A DNA stretch of 64,000 nt from Alphaproteobacteria bacterium (lineage in GTDB: Bacteria > Pseudomonadota > Alphaproteobacteria > GCA-2731375): NCBI GenBank assembly GCA_965232515.1, contig CBDDPY010000002.1, forward strand, positions 3,648,001 to 3,712,000. Reading direction: 5' to 3'. Within the stretch, counting starts at the first letter, position 1. The number at the start of each line of letters is the position of its first letter. The notes under the pieces are model-generated. The model worked only from the letters and a program-made list of their open reading frames with translations. It had not been told where the DNA came from and searched no databases. The position numbers and the translations under genes were made by a program. Shown here piece after piece: positions 40,373-50,732 of the stretch.

Positions 40373-42205
40373 ATGCGAACCGCGACCATTCTGCTCACCA
40401 CTCTGTTGGCCCTGATTGCGGTCCCACTGACCGCGGCCCGCGCCGAAAACGGCGGCGTCACAAAGACCTGGGCCATCGCCGAGTTCGGCGAGCCGCTCTA
40501 CCGCGAAAACTTCACCCACTGGCCGTATGTGAATCCGAACGCGCCCAAGGGCGGCCGCGTGGTGCTGGGCGCCTTCGGTTCGTTCGACAGCCTCAATCCC
40601 TACATCCTGCGGGGCGACTGGGTGCGCAGCATCGGCGTGACCACGGATTCGCTGATGACCGGGTCCGGCGACGAGCTGTCGAGTTCCTACGGTCTGATCG
40701 CCGAGACCGTCGAGTATCCGGCCGACAAGAGCTGGATGATCTTCAATCTCAGGCCCGAAGCGCGGTTCCACGACGGCGTGCCGATCACGGCGCACGATTT
40801 CGTCTTCGCCTTCGAGATGATCCAGGAACACGGCCGGCCGTTCCTGCAATCCTTCTATCGCGACGTCGAGGGCGCGGAAGCGCTCGACGACCACCGGCTG
40901 CGCTTTACCTTCAAGACCCGCGACAACATGAAGCCGCTGATGATCGTCGCCGGCACCTCGCCGCTGCCGCGACACTACTGGAAGGACCGCGAATTCAACG
41001 CGACGACGCTGGAGCCGCCGCTCGGCTCCGGCGCCTACCGCATCAAGGACGTCGTGCCCGGCCGTCGCATCACCTACGAGCGCGTGCCCGACTATTGGGC
41101 GGCCGACCTGCCGGTGAACCGCGGTCTGAACAACTTCGACGAAATCCAGTACGAGTACTACCGTGACGACTCCGTCCAGTTCGAGGCCTTCAAGGCCGGC
41201 AAGATCGACTTTCGCCAGGAAAACCGCGCCCAGCGCTGGTCCACGGGCTACGACTTCCCGGCCGTGAACGACGGCCGCGTGATGCGCCGCGCCGTGCCGT
41301 CGGAGACGCCGCGCGGCCTGCAGGGCTATTTCTTCAACATGCGCCGGCCGCACCTCTCGGATGTGCGCGTGCGCCAGGCGATCAGCTATCTCTACGATTT
41401 CGAGACGACGCAACGGCTGCTGCTGTTCGGCCAGTACAGCCGCAGCAAGAGCTTCTTCCCGAACTCAGATTTCGGCGTCAGCGGCCCGCCGACGCCCGAG
41501 GAGATCGCCATCCTCGAGCCGTTCGCCGACCAGTTGCCGCCGTCGGTGATGACCGAAGCCTTCGAGCCGCTGGTCACCAAGGGCGACGGCCGCATCCGCC
41601 AAGGCCTGCGCCAGGCCCAGCGTCTGTTCAAGGCGGCCGGCTGGCAGATCAAGAACGGCAAGCTGACGAACGCCGCCGGCGAGGTCATGCGGGTCGAGAT
41701 CCTGATGGTCTCGCAAGCCCAGGAACGGCTGGCGGCGCCGTTCGTGAAGAACATGCAGCGCGCCGGCATTGACGCCAGCCTGCGCATCATCGACACCGCG
41801 CAACGCGAGGTTCGGCTCGACGATTTCGACTTCGACATGGTCTCGGTCGCGCTCAACTTCTTCCCGCCGCCGGGTCCGGAGCTGCGCTCCTATTTCGGCT
41901 CCGGCGAAGCCCCGGTCCGCGGCTCGGCCAACCTCGCCGGCATTCGGAACCCGGTCGCCGACGCGCTCATCGAGCAGATCATCGCGTCCCGCGACCTCGA
42001 TGCGCTGAAGGCGACGACGCGGGCGCTGGACCGGGTGCTGCTGTCGGAATATGCCGCCGTGCCGCTGTTTCACGCCGACGAGGCCTGGCTCGCCTATTGG
42101 GATTTCTTCGGCTATCCCGAACGCAAGCCCCGCTACGCCGTCGGATTCCCCGGCTCCTGGTGGGTCGACGCGGACAAGTTCGCCGGGCTGCGCGGCAGCA
42201 ATTGA
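40373..42205 (+). CDS. YejA-like peptide ABC substrate-binding protein, paralog 2
   Basis: YVNPNAPKGG, FDSLNPY and PPLGSGAY; signal peptide; gagga RBS. Confidence 0.92.
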   Translation: MRTATILLTTLLALIAVPLTAARAENGGVTKTWAIAEFGEPLYRENFTHWPYVNPNAPKGGRVVLGAFGSFDSLNPYILRGDWVRSIGVTTDSLMTGSGDELSSSYGLIAETVEYPADKSWMIFNLRPEARFHDGVPITAHDFVFAFEMIQEHGRPFLQSFYRDVEGAEALDDHRLRFTFKTRDNMKPLMIVAGTSPLPRHYWKDREFNATTLEPPLGSGAYRIKDVVPGRRITYERVPDYWAADLPVNRGLNNFDEIQYEYYRDDSVQFEAFKAGKIDFRQENRAQRWSTGYDFPAVNDGRVMRRAVPSETPRGLQGYFFNMRRPHLSDVRVRQAISYLYDFETTQRLLLFGQYSRSKSFFPNSDFGVSGPPTPEEIAILEPFADQLPPSVMTEAFEPLVTKGDGRIRQGLRQAQRLFKAAGWQIKNGKLTNAAGEVMRVEILMVSQAQERLAAPFVKNMQRAGIDASLRIIDTAQREVRLDDFDFDMVSVALNFFPPPGPELRSYFGSGEAPVRGSANLAGIRNPVADALIEQIIASRDLDALKATTRALDRVLLSEYAAVPLFHADEAWLAYWDFFGYPERKPRYAVGFPGSWWVDADKFAGLRGSN

Positions 42206-42331
42206 CCGGGCGGAACAGCCTCACAATCATGTGTTGCCGCGCCGCCCTATTCACGCCCCATATCGGTGCGAAGTGTCAAATGGCGCAACGCGAACGCTGA
42301 CGCGCACGCGGAAACTGGTATGATCGCGGCA

Positions 42332-44197
42332 ATGAAAGCAGTCTTCTTCGTCCTGCTGGGGTCGGTCCTGCTCGCCACGGCGACAGTCGGATCCGCGACC
42401 GCGGCCAGCGACGGCGAACAGGGCGGACGGCATGGCTTCGCCATTCTGGGCGAGCTGAAATACCCGCCCGATTTCGCGCATTTCGACTACGTGAATCCGG
42501 ACGCGCCCAAGGGCGGTTCGGTGCGTCTCAATTATCACGGCAGCTACGATTCGCTGAATCCGTTCATCCTCAAGGGCGTCGCCGCCGCCGGCAACAACCC
42601 CTTCGGCGCCGGCGGCAGCGTGATCAGCTTTCAACCGCTGATGGTCGCCGCCGGCGACGAGCCGGATTCCTTCTATGGACTGATCGCCGAGAGCGTCGCC
42701 TTTGCCGACGACCGCCGCGCCGTCACCTTCACCATCCGGGAGACGGCGAAATGGCATGACGGCACCCAGGTCACGGCCGAGGATGTGGCCTTCTCCTTCG
42801 ACACGCTGAAATCCGAGGGCCGTCCCATCTTCCGCGTGTTGTACCAGGACATCCTGGAGGCCAAGGTCGTCGGCCCGCGCCAGGTCCGCTTCCTGTTCCG
42901 TGACGGCGTCAACGTGCGCGATTTGCCGGGCTACGTCGCCGGCATGCCCGTGCTGTCCAAGGCCTACTACACCGCGAACACCTTCAACGAGACGACGCTC
43001 GAGCCGCCGCTGGCGAGCGGCGTCTACCGCGTCGCCAAAGTCGACGCCGGCCGTTCCATCACCTACGAACGCATCAAGGGCCACTGGGCGGAAAACCTGC
43101 CGGTCTATCGCGGCCGCTTCAACTTCGACACGATCCGCTTCGACTACTACAAGGACCGCGAGGTCGAGTTGGAGGCGTTTTTCGCCGGCAAGATCGATTT
43201 CCGCGAGGAATTCACCTCCAAGAGCTGGGCCACGAAATACGACGTGCCGCCCGTGCGCGACGGCCGCATCAAGCGCGCCGTGCTGCCCGACCAGAGCCCG
43301 TCCGGTACCCAGGCGTTCTTTCTGAACTCGCGCCGGGCTAAGTTCGCCGACCCGCGCGTGCGCCGGGCGCTGGCCTACGCCTTCGATTTCGAATGGTCGA
43401 ACAAGAACCTGTTCTACGGTCTCTACGACCGCTCGACCAGCATCTTCGAGAACACCGAGCTGTCGGCCGACGGACCGCCGACGCCGGCCGAGCTGGCCTT
43501 GCTCGAGCCGTTTCGCGACCGGCTGCCGGTGGAGGTCTTCGAAGCCGCCTATCGGCCGCCCATCACTGACGGCTCGGGCCGCATCCGCCGCCACCTGCGC
43601 ACGGCGACGGACCTGCTGGCCGACGCCGGCTGGACCGTGCGCGACGGCCGACTGGTGAATGCGGCCGGCGAGGGCATGAATATCGAATTCCTGTCCTACA
43701 ACCGCGGCTTCGAGCGCATCGTGCTGCCCTATGTGCGCAATCTCGAGCGCCTCGGCGTCACGGCCAGCTTCCGGCTGGTGGAGCCGGCGCAGTACCAGAA
43801 CCGACTGCAGACCTTCGACTACGACGCCATCACCATGCGCTTCGGCGGCAGCCTGACGCCCGGCGTCAGCCTACGCAATCTCTGGGGCTCGGCCGCCGCC
43901 GGCGTCCAGGGCAGCCAGAACTTCACCGGCATCAAGGACCCCGTGGTCGACGCGCTGATCGAAAAGGTGATCGCGGCCAAAGACCGCGACGAACTGATCG
44001 CCGCCACGCGCGCCCTCGACCGGGTCGTCATGTGGGGCCATTACCTGGTGCCGCAGTGGTACAAGGGCGCCCACCACGTCGCCTATTGGGACATGTTCGG
44101 CTTCCCCGAGACCAAACCGAACTACGATCTGACCACCTTTAACCTCGGCTTCTTCGACACCTGGTGGGTCGATCAGGACAAGGCCGTCCGCCGCTGA
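42332..44197 (+). CDS. YejA-like peptide ABC substrate-binding protein, paralog 3
   Basis: [19 protein letters not shown] and [13 protein letters not shown]; start could be 42320. Confidence 0.92.
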   Translation: MKAVFFVLLGSVLLATATVGSATAASDGEQGGRHGFAILGELKYPPDFAHFDYVNPDAPKGGSVRLNYHGSYDSLNPFILKGVAAAGNNPFGAGGSVISFQPLMVAAGDEPDSFYGLIAESVAFADDRRAVTFTIRETAKWHDGTQVTAEDVAFSFDTLKSEGRPIFRVLYQDILEAKVVGPRQVRFLFRDGVNVRDLPGYVAGMPVLSKAYYTANTFNETTLEPPLASGVYRVAKVDAGRSITYERIKGHWAENLPVYRGRFNFDTIRFDYYKDREVELEAFFAGKIDFREEFTSKSWATKYDVPPVRDGRIKRAVLPDQSPSGTQAFFLNSRRAKFADPRVRRALAYAFDFEWSNKNLFYGLYDRSTSIFENTELSADGPPTPAELALLEPFRDRLPVEVFEAAYRPPITDGSGRIRRHLRTATDLLADAGWTVRDGRLVNAAGEGMNIEFLSYNRGFERIVLPYVRNLERLGVTASFRLVEPAQYQNRLQTFDYDAITMRFGGSLTPGVSLRNLWGSAAAGVQGSQNFTGIKDPVVDALIEKVIAAKDRDELIAATRALDRVVMWGHYLVPQWYKGAHHVAYWDMFGFPETKPNYDLTTFNLGFFDTWWVDQDKAVRR

Positions 44198-45321
44198 TGC
44201 TTGCCTATATCGTCCGCCGCCTGCTGCTGATGATCCCGACGCTCTTCGGCATCATGCTGGTGAACTTCCTGGTATTGCAGTTTGTGCCAGGCGGACCGGT
44301 CGAACAGATCATCGCCCAGCTCACCGGCACCGCGGTCGACGCCACCGCCCGCGTCAGCGGCGGGTCCGGCGGTGATGTCGGCACCGGTCAGGTTCAGGGC
44401 GGCGAGGCCGGCGGCGGCGGGTCAGCCGCCATTACCAGCAAGTATCGCGGCGCCCAGGGCCTCGATCCCGAGCTGATCGCCGACCTGGAACGACAGTTCG
44501 GCCTCGACAAGCCGGCCTGGGAACGTTTCGTCCAGATGATGGGCAACTACCTGCAGTTCGACTTCGGCGAGAGCTTCTTCCGCGACCAGGACGTCGTCGA
44601 TCTCGTCATCGACAAGCTGCCGGTCTCGGTCTCGCTCGGGCTCTGGACGACGCTGCTGACCTATCTGATCTCGATCCCGCTCGGCATTGCCAAGGCCGTG
44701 CGCGACGGCACGCGCTTCGACGTCTGGACCTCGACGGTGATCATCGTCGGCTACGCCATCCCCAGCTTCCTGTTCGCGGTGCTGCTGATCGTGCTGTTCG
44801 CCGGCGGCAGCTTCTGGGATGTCTTCCCCTTGCGCGGCCTCACGTCGGAGAACTGGGAGGATCTCAGCTGGCCGGCCCGCATCGCCGACTATTTCTGGCA
44901 CATCGCGCTGCCGATCATCTCCATGGCGATCGGCGGCTTCGCGACGCTGACCATGCTGACCAAGAACTCGTTTCTGGACGAAATCAACAAGCAGTACGTG
45001 GTCACCGCGCGCGCCAAGGGCCTGGCCGAGCGGCAGGTGCTCTACGGCCACGTCTTCCGCAACGCCATGCTGATCGTTATCGCCGGCTTCCCCGGCGCCT
45101 TCATCTCGATCCTGTTCACGGGCTCGCTCTTGATCGAGGTGATCTTCTCGCTCGACGGCCTTGGCCTGCTCGGCTTCGAGGCGGCGCTCAACCGCGACTA
45201 CCCAGTCGTGCTCGGCACCCTCTACGTGTTCACGCTCCTGGGCCTGATCATGAACCTGATCGGCGACCTCATGTACGTCGTCATCGACCCCCGCATCGAC
45301 TTCGAGAGCCGGGAGGTCTAG
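44197..45321 (+). CDS. yejB: microcin C / peptide ABC transporter permease
   Basis: [36 protein letters not shown] and DPRIDFE. Confidence 0.93.
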   Translation: MLAYIVRRLLLMIPTLFGIMLVNFLVLQFVPGGPVEQIIAQLTGTAVDATARVSGGSGGDVGTGQVQGGEAGGGGSAAITSKYRGAQGLDPELIADLERQFGLDKPAWERFVQMMGNYLQFDFGESFFRDQDVVDLVIDKLPVSVSLGLWTTLLTYLISIPLGIAKAVRDGTRFDVWTSTVIIVGYAIPSFLFAVLLIVLFAGGSFWDVFPLRGLTSENWEDLSWPARIADYFWHIALPIISMAIGGFATLTMLTKNSFLDEINKQYVVTARAKGLAERQVLYGHVFRNAMLIVIAGFPGAFISILFTGSLLIEVIFSLDGLGLLGFEAALNRDYPVVLGTLYVFTLLGLIMNLIGDLMYVVIDPRIDFESREV

Positions 45322-45352
45322 GGCGAGAGATGGTGCACGGATCACACTTGAC

Positions 45353-45491
45353 CCCTCACCCCAACCCTCTCCCGCAAGCGGGAGAGGGGGCCGCCACCTC
45401 TGCGGTTTGGTTGCCCCTCTCCCGCTTGCGGGGTTGGACGCATGCGTCCAACGAGGGACCCGCGAGAGCGAGCTCGTGGGAGGGTGAGGGC
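45353..45491. repeat. intergenic multi-hairpin repeat, copy 2, with a 20-bp palindromic insert
   Basis: ccctcaccccaaccctctcccgcaagcgggagaggg ... gggagggtgagggc; gttggacgcatgcgtccaac at 45433-45452. Confidence 0.85.
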
Positions 45492-45530
45492 TATCTGGAT
45501 CTGCTGTCTTCCACGGCGGCAACCTAACCC

Positions 45531-46649
45531 ATGCACGGCCACGCCACCTTCCTCGGCATCCGCATCACGCCGCTGACGCAACGGCGCTGGCAGAACTTCC
45601 GCGCCAACCGCCGGGGATTCTGGTCGCTGTGGCTGTTCCTCGGCCTGTTCGGCGTCAGCCTGTTCGCCGAGTTCATCGCCAACGACAAGCCGCTTTATGT
45701 CAGCTTCGCTGGCGAGTCCTACTTCCCGGTCTTCGTCGCCTATCCCGAGACCGCCTTCGGCGGCGATTTCGAGACCGAAACCGAGTACCGCGACCCCTTC
45801 GTCATCGAGCTGATCGAGGAGCAGGGCTGGATCCTCTGGCCGCCGATCCGCTACAGCTATCGCACCATCAACTACGACCTGCCGGTGCCGGCCCCGGCGC
45901 CGCCGTCGACCGAGAACCTGCTTGGCACCGACGACCAGGCGCGCGACGTGTTCGCCCGGCTGATCTACGGTTTCCGCATCTCGGTGCTGTTCGGGCTGGT
46001 GCTGACCATCTTCAGCACCGTCATCGGCGTCGCCGCCGGCGCCGTGCAGGGCTATTTCGGCGGCTGGACCGACTTGCTGTTCCAGCGTTTCATGGAGATC
46101 TGGTCGGGCCTGCCGACGCTTTACCTGCTGATCATCCTGGCGAGCTTCGTCGAGCCGAACTTCTGGTGGCTCTTGGGTCTGATGCTGCTGTTCAGCTGGA
46201 TGTCGCTCGTCGGCGTGGTCCGCGCCGAGTTCCTGCGCGCGCGCAACTTCGATTACGTGCGCGCCGCACGCGCGCTCGGCGTCTCGAACGGCGCGATCAT
46301 GTTCCGCCACGTGCTGCCGAACGCCATGGTCGCTTCCATCACCTTCATGCCGTTCATTCTCTCCGGCTCGATCACCACGCTGACCGCCCTCGACTTCCTC
46401 GGCTTCGGCCTGCCGCCGGGCTCGCCGTCGCTCGGCGAGATGTTGCAGCAGGGCAAATCGAACCTCCAGGCCCCCTGGCTCGGCATCACCGCCTTTGTCG
46501 TCATCTCGCTGATGCTGACGCTGTTGATCTTCATTTTCGAGGGCGTGCGCGACGCCTTCGATCCGCGCAAGGGCATCGCCGCCACCACGCCGGCCGCGGC
46601 CGAGCGCACCCAACAGGCGACGGCCACCGCCAAGGAAGCCGCCGAATGA
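45531..46649 (+). CDS. yejE: peptide ABC transporter permease
   Basis: FRANRRGFWSL, LGTDDQARDV and VRAEFLRARNFDYV. Confidence 0.93.
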   Translation: MHGHATFLGIRITPLTQRRWQNFRANRRGFWSLWLFLGLFGVSLFAEFIANDKPLYVSFAGESYFPVFVAYPETAFGGDFETETEYRDPFVIELIEEQGWILWPPIRYSYRTINYDLPVPAPAPPSTENLLGTDDQARDVFARLIYGFRISVLFGLVLTIFSTVIGVAAGAVQGYFGGWTDLLFQRFMEIWSGLPTLYLLIILASFVEPNFWWLLGLMLLFSWMSLVGVVRAEFLRARNFDYVRAARALGVSNGAIMFRHVLPNAMVASITFMPFILSGSITTLTALDFLGFGLPPGSPSLGEMLQQGKSNLQAPWLGITAFVVISLMLTLLIFIFEGVRDAFDPRKGIAATTPAAAERTQQATATAKEAAE

Positions 46650-48262
46650 GCGCGCCGCTGCTGCAGCTCCGCGAACTGTCCGTCGCCTTCAGCGGCAACA
46701 CTGTCGTCGACCGCGTCTCCTTCGACATCGACGCCGGCGAGACCCTGGCGCTGGTCGGCGAGAGCGGCTCCGGCAAGTCGGTGACGGCGCTCTCGGTGAT
46801 GCAGCTCCTGCCCTACCAGACCGCGAGCCACCCCTCGGGCTCGATCCTGTTCCGGGGCGAGGAGCTGGTCGGCGCCGACGAGACGGTCCTGCGCAAGGTG
46901 CGCGGCAACGAGATCTCGGTGATCTTTCAGGAGCCGATGACCTCGCTCAACCCGCTGCATACGGTCGAGAAGCAGATCAACGAAGTGTTGCTGCTGCACA
47001 AGGGCATGACCGGCGATCAGGCGCGCGCGCGCGTGCTCGAGCTGCTGCACCTCGTCGGCATCCGCGAGCCGGAAAAACGGCTCGATTCCTACCCGCACCA
47101 GCTCTCCGGCGGCCAGCGCCAGCGCGTGATGATCGCCATGGCGCTCGCCAACGAACCCGACCTCCTGATCGCCGACGAACCGACGACGGCCCTCGACGTC
47201 ACCATTCAGGCGCAGATCCTCAAGCTGCTGGGCGAGCTGCAGCAGCGCCTCGGCATGGCCATGCTGCTGATCACCCACGACCTCGCCATCGTGCGCAAGG
47301 TGACGAACCGGGTCTGCATCATGACCGACGGCCAGATCGTCGAGCAGGGCGCCACGGCCGGGATCTTCGAGAGCCCGCAGCACGCCTATACCCGGCACCT
47401 GCTGGCGGCCGAGCCGAAGGGCAAACCGATCCAGGCCGCGCCCGACGCGCCGGCCGTCATGGCGGCCGACAACCTCAAGGTCTGGTTCCCGATTAAGGCC
47501 GGCGTGTTCCGCCGCACCGTCGACCATATCCGCGCCGTCGACGACGTCACGATCGAAGTGCGCGAGGGTCACACCGTCGGCGTCGTCGGCGAGAGCGGCT
47601 CCGGCAAGACCACGCTCGGCCTGGCGCTCCTGCGGCTGATTTCCAGCGACGGCCCGATCCGCTTCGACGAGGACGTCATTCAGGGCTGGAAGTCGAAGCA
47701 GATGCGCCCGCTGCGCCGCGAGATGCAGATCGTCTTCCAGGACCCCTTCTCCAGCCTCAGCCCGCGCATGTCGATCGCCCAGATCATCGAGGAGGGCATG
47801 CTGGTGCACGGCCTCGGCAGCAGTTACGAGGAGCGCCGCGAGATGATCGCCGCCGCGCTCACCGAGGTCGGCCTCGATCCCACGACCATGGACCGCTATC
47901 CGCACGAATTCTCCGGCGGCCAGCGTCAGCGCGTCGCCATCGCCCGGGCCATGGTCCTCAAGCCCCGCTTCGTCGTGCTTGACGAGCCGACCTCGGCGCT
48001 CGACATGTCGGTCCAGGCGCAGATCGTCGATCTGCTGCGCGACCTGCAGCAGGCGCACAGCCTCGCCTACATGTTCATCTCCCACGACTTGAAGGTCGTG
48101 CGCGCGCTCGCCGACGAGGTCATCGTCATGCGCGCCGGCCAGGTCGTCGAGCAGGGCGACGCCGACCAGATCTTCGACGCGCCCCGCAGCGACTATACCC
48201 GCGCCCTCATGGCCGCCGCCTTCGACCTCGAAGCCGTCGAAACCGGCGCCGTCGCCACCTGA
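46646..48262 (+). CDS. yejF: peptide ABC transporter ATP-binding protein (two ABC domains)
   Basis: Two GESGSGK Walker A motifs, [16 protein letters not shown]; start MSAPLLQ. Confidence 0.92.
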   Translation: MSAPLLQLRELSVAFSGNTVVDRVSFDIDAGETLALVGESGSGKSVTALSVMQLLPYQTASHPSGSILFRGEELVGADETVLRKVRGNEISVIFQEPMTSLNPLHTVEKQINEVLLLHKGMTGDQARARVLELLHLVGIREPEKRLDSYPHQLSGGQRQRVMIAMALANEPDLLIADEPTTALDVTIQAQILKLLGELQQRLGMAMLLITHDLAIVRKVTNRVCIMTDGQIVEQGATAGIFESPQHAYTRHLLAAEPKGKPIQAAPDAPAVMAADNLKVWFPIKAGVFRRTVDHIRAVDDVTIEVREGHTVGVVGESGSGKTTLGLALLRLISSDGPIRFDEDVIQGWKSKQMRPLRREMQIVFQDPFSSLSPRMSIAQIIEEGMLVHGLGSSYEERREMIAAALTEVGLDPTTMDRYPHEFSGGQRQRVAIARAMVLKPRFVVLDEPTSALDMSVQAQIVDLLRDLQQAHSLAYMFISHDLKVVRALADEVIVMRAGQVVEQGDADQIFDAPRSDYTRALMAAAFDLEAVETGAVAT

Positions 48263-48264
48263 CA

Positions 48265-48321
48265 AATTCCGGTGACAGTAACCTTAATTCACTTCAAATT
48301 GAGGTTACTGTCACCGGAATT
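48265..48321. mobile_element. 57-bp non-autonomous element made of two 25-bp inverted repeats matching the ends of the Y1 transposase element
   Basis: AATTCCGGTGACAGTAACCTTAATT-cacttca-AATTGAGGTTACTGTCACCGGAATT; left arm 24/25 identical to 59819-59843. Confidence 0.8.
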
Positions 48322-48380
48322 AGCCGCCGCCGAGCGAGAAATTCCCCGTAACAGCACAAGCAACCTGCTATAACCCCGCC

Positions 48381-49313
48381 ATGACCGTTCTCTTGTTCCA
48401 TTCGCCCGAGGATCCGGTCGATCTCTGGATCCCGGCACTCAAGGAAAACCTGCCCGAGGTCGAGATTCGGGTCTCGCCCGACGTCGGCGATCGGACCGAG
48501 ATCGACTACGCGCTGGTCTGGAAGCCACCGACGGGCATGCTCGCCGGCCTGCCGAACCTGAAGGCGGTCTTCTCGATCGCCGCCGGCATCGACCACATTC
48601 TGGCCGACGCCGAGCGGCCAGTTCATCTCCCCATCGTGCGTATGGCCGATCCGTACCTCAAGGCGATGATGACGGAATACGCGGTCTACGCCGTGCTGCA
48701 CTATCACCGCAACATGGGCGACTACCGCATCGACCAGGCGAACGAGGTCTGGGACCGGCGCTGGCCGCTCTACACGCCCGAGACCACCGTGGGCATCCTC
48801 GGCATCGGCGCCATCGGCGCCGATTGCGCCGCCGCCTTCCGCGCGCTCGGCTTCGACGTGCACGGCTGGAGCCGGACGCCGAAACAGCTCGACGGCGTCA
48901 CCTGCCACCACGGGCCGGCGGGCTTAAGCGACATGTTGCGCCAGACCCGATATCTCGTCTGCGTCCTGCCGCTGACCGACGCGACCCGCGGCATCATCGA
49001 CAAGGACACGCTCGCGCAACTGCCGGCCGGCGCCGTCGTCGTCAATATCGGCCGCGGCGGCCACGTGGTCGACGACGACCTCCTGGCGGCCCTCGACAGC
49101 GGCCACCTCGGCGGCGCCTTCCTCGACGTCTTCAACGACGAGCCGCTGCCCAAGGGCCATCCCTACTGGCAGCACCCCAAGGTGATGATGACGCCGCACG
49201 TCGCCGGCGAGCTCGTCCCCCGCAGCTGCGCCAAGGCCGTCGCCGCCAACCTCCGCCGCCACCTCGCCGGCGAACCCATGCAGAACGTCGTCGATCTCGA
49301 TCGCGGCTACTGA
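48381..49313 (+). CDS. ghrA: glyoxylate/hydroxypyruvate reductase A
   Basis: AGIDH, GILGIGAIG, NIGRG, LDVFNDEPLP and TPHVA. Confidence 0.85.
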   Translation: MTVLLFHSPEDPVDLWIPALKENLPEVEIRVSPDVGDRTEIDYALVWKPPTGMLAGLPNLKAVFSIAAGIDHILADAERPVHLPIVRMADPYLKAMMTEYAVYAVLHYHRNMGDYRIDQANEVWDRRWPLYTPETTVGILGIGAIGADCAAAFRALGFDVHGWSRTPKQLDGVTCHHGPAGLSDMLRQTRYLVCVLPLTDATRGIIDKDTLAQLPAGAVVVNIGRGGHVVDDDLLAALDSGHLGGAFLDVFNDEPLPKGHPYWQHPKVMMTPHVAGELVPRSCAKAVAANLRRHLAGEPMQNVVDLDRGY

Positions 49314-49464
49314 CGCCAATCCCCAGGTATTTGGCGGTCACGCGGCCGTGAACGGCGCGTATTTGCGTTCATGCTAGGCTGAAGCTCGTACGTACGCGCG
49401 CTCCCGGAGAGCGCAAGTGTCGGTGCCGCGTTTCGACAGCAACCCGTCACGGAGGCGTACCACG

Positions 49465-50079
49465 ATGCCTAACGACACCATTCGCGAAGCGGTCGGCGTA
49501 TTCCACGACGAGGAAACGCTGCGGGCGGCCGCCGACGACCTGATGCTCAACAATTTCGACCGTTCGGCCTTGAGCATTCTCGCGGGCCACGACGCCGTCG
49601 CCCGCGGCCTGGGCCACGACTATGCCCGCGTCGCCGATCTCGAGGACGATCCGCAGACCGCGCGGCTCGCCTATATGGGCACGGATTCCCGCACCATCGC
49701 CAAGGGCGTGATTCCCGGCGGTCTCGCTTATGTCGGCGCCATGATCGCGGTCGGCGTGGTCGTGGCTTCCGGCGGCGGCATGGCCGCGGCGCTGGTCGCG
49801 GTAACGGCGGGCGTGCTCGCCGGCGGCCTGATCGGCCTCGGCCTCAATCGCCTGATCGACCGCCGCCACGCCGACTATCTGCGCGCCCACATCGACCGTG
49901 GCGGCATATTGCTCTGGGTCAACACCGAGGACGCCGACCACGAGGCCCGCGCCGTCGAGATCTTGAAACGGCACTCGGCCGAGGACGTGCATATCCACGC
50001 GCTGCCGAAGGCCGCGCCGGCCGCCAACGCCGACGGCGTCTCGCACGAACTCAGCTTCATGCAGCGCCTCGGCATGTAA
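49465..50079 (+). CDS. hypothetical membrane protein (general-stress-like, glycine zipper)
   Basis: REAVGVF, Gly-rich TM hairpin and GGILLWV; ggagg RBS. Confidence 0.75.
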   Translation: MPNDTIREAVGVFHDEETLRAAADDLMLNNFDRSALSILAGHDAVARGLGHDYARVADLEDDPQTARLAYMGTDSRTIAKGVIPGGLAYVGAMIAVGVVVASGGGMAAALVAVTAGVLAGGLIGLGLNRLIDRRHADYLRAHIDRGGILLWVNTEDADHEARAVEILKRHSAEDVHIHALPKAAPAANADGVSHELSFMQRLGM

Positions 50080-50138
50080 ACGCGGAAGCCGGACGCAATC
50101 GGTCCGGCGCTGTATATGACCGCGAGCGGATCGTCCGG

Positions 50139-50297
50139 TCAGTCCTCGCGCGGCGGCTGCACCTCTTCGGCCTGCTCGGCTTCGGCCTTGCGGGCGTCCG
50201 CCCGTTCCTTCTTGGCCGCCTCGCGCGCCGCTTTCTTCGCCGCCTTGGCCTTCTCGCGCTCGAGACGCTCGAATCGATAGTTCGGCTTGCGGGGCAT
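50139..50297 (-). CDS. small Lys/Glu/Ala-rich protein (52 aa, below the ORF-track cutoff)
   Basis: MPRKPNYRFERLEREKAKAAKKAAREAAKKERADARKAEAEQAEEVQPPRED; aagga RBS; host-like codons. Confidence 0.7.
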   Translation of the reverse strand: MPRKPNYRFERLEREKAKAAKKAAREAAKKERADARKAEAEQAEEVQPPRED

Positions 50298-50378
50298 ATC
50301 CGTCCTTTCGCTGTCGCTTTACACCCTTATAACACGGCAATCCCAACGACGCAGAAAACCGAGAAGCGAACCGAAGAT

Positions 50379-50627
50379 CTAATGCAGCTGGGCGCGGACC
50401 AGCAGGGCGGGAATGGTCTCTTCGCCCAGCGCCCGCACGGCCTCCAGCCGATGCAGACCCTCGACCAGCACGTAGCGGTCCTTGTCGCGGCGCACCTGAA
50501 TCGGGGTCTGCTGCCCCTCCTCCAGGATGCTCATCGCCAGCGCGTCGACCTTCGCCGCATCCAGCGTGCGGCGACGTTTGATCGGCACGTAGATCTCGTC
50601 CAACGGCACCATGACGGTTTCGAGCAC
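50379..50627 (-). CDS. stand-alone ParB/Srx N-terminal domain protein
   Basis: LAMSILEEGQQTPIQV and YVLVEGLHRLEA. Confidence 0.82.
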   Translation of the reverse strand: MLETVMVPLDEIYVPIKRRRTLDAAKVDALAMSILEEGQQTPIQVRRDKDRYVLVEGLHRLEAVRALGEETIPALLVRAQLH

Positions 50628-50732
50628 GATCCGGACCCTCCGATACCCATCCTAGCGGGATCGCGCGCAGCCGTCGATTGACGCTCGGCGACTCCAAGCC
50701 CTATCGTCGCGTCGTGTTTTTGGAGGACGAGC

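Noticed and set aside
45629-48262. 877-aa ORF (also the 510-aa ORF at 4012, 721-aa ORF at 38181 and 791-aa ORF at 53782)
   Set aside because: N-terminal extensions overlap real upstream genes in another frame, a high-GC artefact; true starts are 46646, 5010, 38511 and 54436.
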